Of a DNA stretch of 40,927 nucleotides, positions 39,206 to 40,927 are shown in pieces. Position numbers and translations under genes: made by a program. The notes below the pieces were generated by a model. The model saw nothing but the letters and a program-made list of their open reading frames with translations, made no database searches and was not told where the DNA came from. The stretch is from a virus (taxonomy: Duplodnaviria; Caudoviricetes): the IMG/VR virus record IMGVR_UViG_3300017913_001448, positions 1 to 40,927 of that record; one strand, 5' to 3'. How positions within the stretch are numbered: position 1 is the stretch's first letter; every line of letters begins with the position of its first letter.

Positions 39206-39227
39206 GTGTACATTACTTGGAGCAAAA

Positions 39228-40058
39228 ATGAGAAAAACAAACTATCTAAACAACAAAGACATACTAAAAGAGATTCACAAATCTAAGTCTAAATTTTGCA
39301 GTTTTGTAGAGGAAGACTACAATCAATACGACATCATTCTTCCTAACGTTGAAAAAATCAACATTAGAACTATTGCAGAAGCAAAACGCAACAAAGCAAA
39401 ACGCCTTGGACAATTAGACTTCGAAACACGTAAAGCAAACGGTGAAAAAATCAAACAAGCCGAATGCGAAGTTGACTATAGAAAAATTACCAAAGAAGAA
39501 CTTATTTTTAGGGTAATGACTTTTGATCATATTCCAGATGATCCTACACGCAAAAAGAATCCTAAGACAATAGCAGATACAAAAGTAAAACTAAACTTTC
39601 CTCCCTTTGTACACTACAAATTTAATGATGATGGCGAACTCGAAATAGTTGGAAAAAGTCATTGGATCGGTGGTATGGAGAATGGTTACTTTTCAAAAGA
39701 CCATGGACAAGCAACAAATAAACTTGCTATGATGTGGATGAAACTGTGTGATAGATATGCAACACGCGGCAACGTTCGCGGTTACACCTACAACGATGAA
39801 ATGCGTGGACAGGCTATCTTGCAGTTAGCACAGATTGGTTTGCAGTTTGACGAAAGCAAATCTAACAATCCGTTTGCTTATTATACTGCGGCTGTTACAA
39901 ACTCGTTTGTACGTGTAATCAACATTGAAAAGAAAAATCAGAACATTCGAGATGATATTCTTGAAATGAACAATATGAATCCTAGTTACACTAGACAACA
40001 CGCAGGTGAATGGGAAGCATCGCAAAAAAGACAGCAAGAACTTAACCAAAAGTCTTGA
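39228..40058 (+). CDS. gp55: Late-transcription sigma factor, T4 gp55-like (start revised to MRKTNYLNNKD)
   Basis: NYLNNKD, N.RGYTYNDEM, FDE.KS.NPFAYYT....NSF...I..EKK are gp55 motifs. Adjacent to gp47 as in T4-like genomes. Confidence 0.88.
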   Translation: MRKTNYLNNKDILKEIHKSKSKFCSFVEEDYNQYDIILPNVEKINIRTIAEAKRNKAKRLGQLDFETRKANGEKIKQAECEVDYRKITKEELIFRVMTFDHIPDDPTRKKNPKTIADTKVKLNFPPFVHYKFNDDGELEIVGKSHWIGGMENGYFSKDHGQATNKLAMMWMKLCDRYATRGNVRGYTYNDEMRGQAILQLAQIGLQFDESKSNNPFAYYTAAVTNSFVRVINIEKKNQNIRDDILEMNNMNPSYTRQHAGEWEASQKRQQELNQKS

Positions 40059-40083
40059 CTTTATTGGATTTTTTGTCTATACT
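40055..40083 (+). promoter_or_regulatory. Sigma70-type promoter for the gp47-like gene
   Basis: TTGACT (40055-40060), 17 nt, TATACT (40078-40083), then a GAGAGGA RBS at 40096-40102. Confidence 0.8.
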
Positions 40084-40109
40084 AAGATAAAATACGAGAG
40101 GACTCTACA

Positions 40110-40927
40110 TTGTTTAAGAAAGCGGCTGTCTTTACCGATATTCACTTTGGTATGAAAGGCAACTCAAAAGTACACAACGAAGATTGTGAACGTTTTATTG
40201 ACTGGTATATTGAACAAGCACAAGCAAATGGATGCGAAACAGGTATCTTTTGCGGTGATTGGCATCACAACCGTAACAGTCTAAATTTAACAACTATGAA
40301 TTCTACAATTCGTTGTATGGAAAAATTAGGCGAAGCGTTTGAACAATTTTATTTCTTTGATGGCAACCACGACCTGTACTACAAAGACAGACGTGATGTG
40401 AATAGTACAGCATTTGGCAAGTACATTCCTGGAATTACATTTGTTGATGAAATTACAACTGTTGATGATGTTACACTTGTACCGTGGCTTATAGGCGAAG
40501 AATGGAAGAAAATTAGTAAGATTAAATCCAAGTATATGTTTGGTCATTTTGAACTTCCTAGTTTCTATATGAATGCTATGGTACAGATGCCAGATCACGG
40601 CGAACTAAAGGCTTCCCACTTTGAACATCAAGAATATGTGTTTAGCGGACACTTCCACAAGCGGCAAAAGCAAGGCAAAGTGCATTATTTAGGTAATGCG
40701 TTTCCACACAACTATGCAGATGCATGGGATGACGATCGCGGCATGATGATTCTTGACAGAGAGAACGATGCAGAACCTGTGTATCTTAATTGGGATGACT
40801 GTCCTAAGTATCGTACAACTACATTAAGCAAACTGCTTGATCCAGATTCAAATATTATCAAACCTAACATGTATTTGCGTGTTACACTTGACTTGCCTAT
40901 TTCTTATGAAGAAGCACAGTTTATCAA
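40110..40927 (+). CDS. gp47: Recombination endonuclease subunit, gp47/Mre11/SbcD-like (partial, runs off the right edge; absent from the ORF track)
   Basis: TTG start, then MFKKAAVFTDIHFG..GDWHHNR..GNHD..GHFE..SGHFHKR, the calcineurin-like phosphoesterase motifs. Confidence 0.92.
   Translation, partial: MFKKAAVFTDIHFGMKGNSKVHNEDCERFIDWYIEQAQANGCETGIFCGDWHHNRNSLNLTTMNSTIRCMEKLGEAFEQFYFFDGNHDLYYKDRRDVNSTAFGKYIPGITFVDEITTVDDVTLVPWLIGEEWKKISKIKSKYMFGHFELPSFYMNAMVQMPDHGELKASHFEHQEYVFSGHFHKRQKQGKVHYLGNAFPHNYADAWDDDRGMMILDRENDAEPVYLNWDDCPKYRTTTLSKLLDPDSNIIKPNMYLRVTLDLPISYEEAQFI

Noticed and set aside
39177-39227. ORF-track start of gp55 at TTG 39177
   Set aside because: That TTG is the -35 box. 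The ATG at 39228 has a GGAG RBS and matches the family N-terminus.
40046-40075. Intrinsic terminator after gp55
   Set aside because: The stem is short and AT-rich with a 2-nt loop, and it coincides with a promoter -35 box, so the promoter reading fits better.
39825-40598. Minus-strand ORFs of 74 and 90 aa
   Set aside because: They are antisense to the gp55-like and gp47-like genes.
1-40927. Stop-codon reassignment
   Set aside because: Genes tile densely under the standard code, and TAA, TAG (34999) and TGA (2830, 40058) all act as stops.
1-40927. CRISPR array, tRNA, rRNA or structured ncRNA
   Set aside because: All intergenic gaps are under 80 nt and are filled by promoters and RBSs. No spaced repeats or cloverleaf were seen.
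1-40927. Depletion of GATC, GANTC, CTGCAG or GGCC
   Set aside because: The first three are readily found. GGCC may be mildly low but cannot be called without an exact count.

Overview
A 41 kb segment of an AT-rich, T4-like (jumbo-type) myophage genome using the standard genetic code. Positions 4008-39150 form a minus-strand late structural block. In transcription order it encodes a gp48/54-like tube initiator, a gp53-like LysM protein, a gp27-like hub, a gp5-like spike with a C-terminal GH19 lysozyme, a TIGR02594-like Cys/His hydrolase, PAAR, gp25, a gp6-like wedge, a 5149-aa modular baseplate/adhesin protein, a 201-aa structural protein, three paralogous tail fibres and two paralogous ~300-aa virion proteins. 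Directly downstream (1-3952) is a tightly overlapped five-gene operon with its own sigma70-type promoter that encodes at least four glycosyltransferase-like (GT-A, DxD) domains. This candidate virion/fibre glycosylation module is the best guess for an undescribed system. At the right end a gp55-like late sigma factor and a gp47-like (Mre11/SbcD) nuclease run divergently on the + strand. Other signals: near-total absence of AGCT and strong depletion of GCWGC across the window, an in-frame A16 tract in the giant gene, and back-to-back early and late promoters in front of the sigma gene. Family calls come from motif recognition by eye, and motif counts are manual and approximate.
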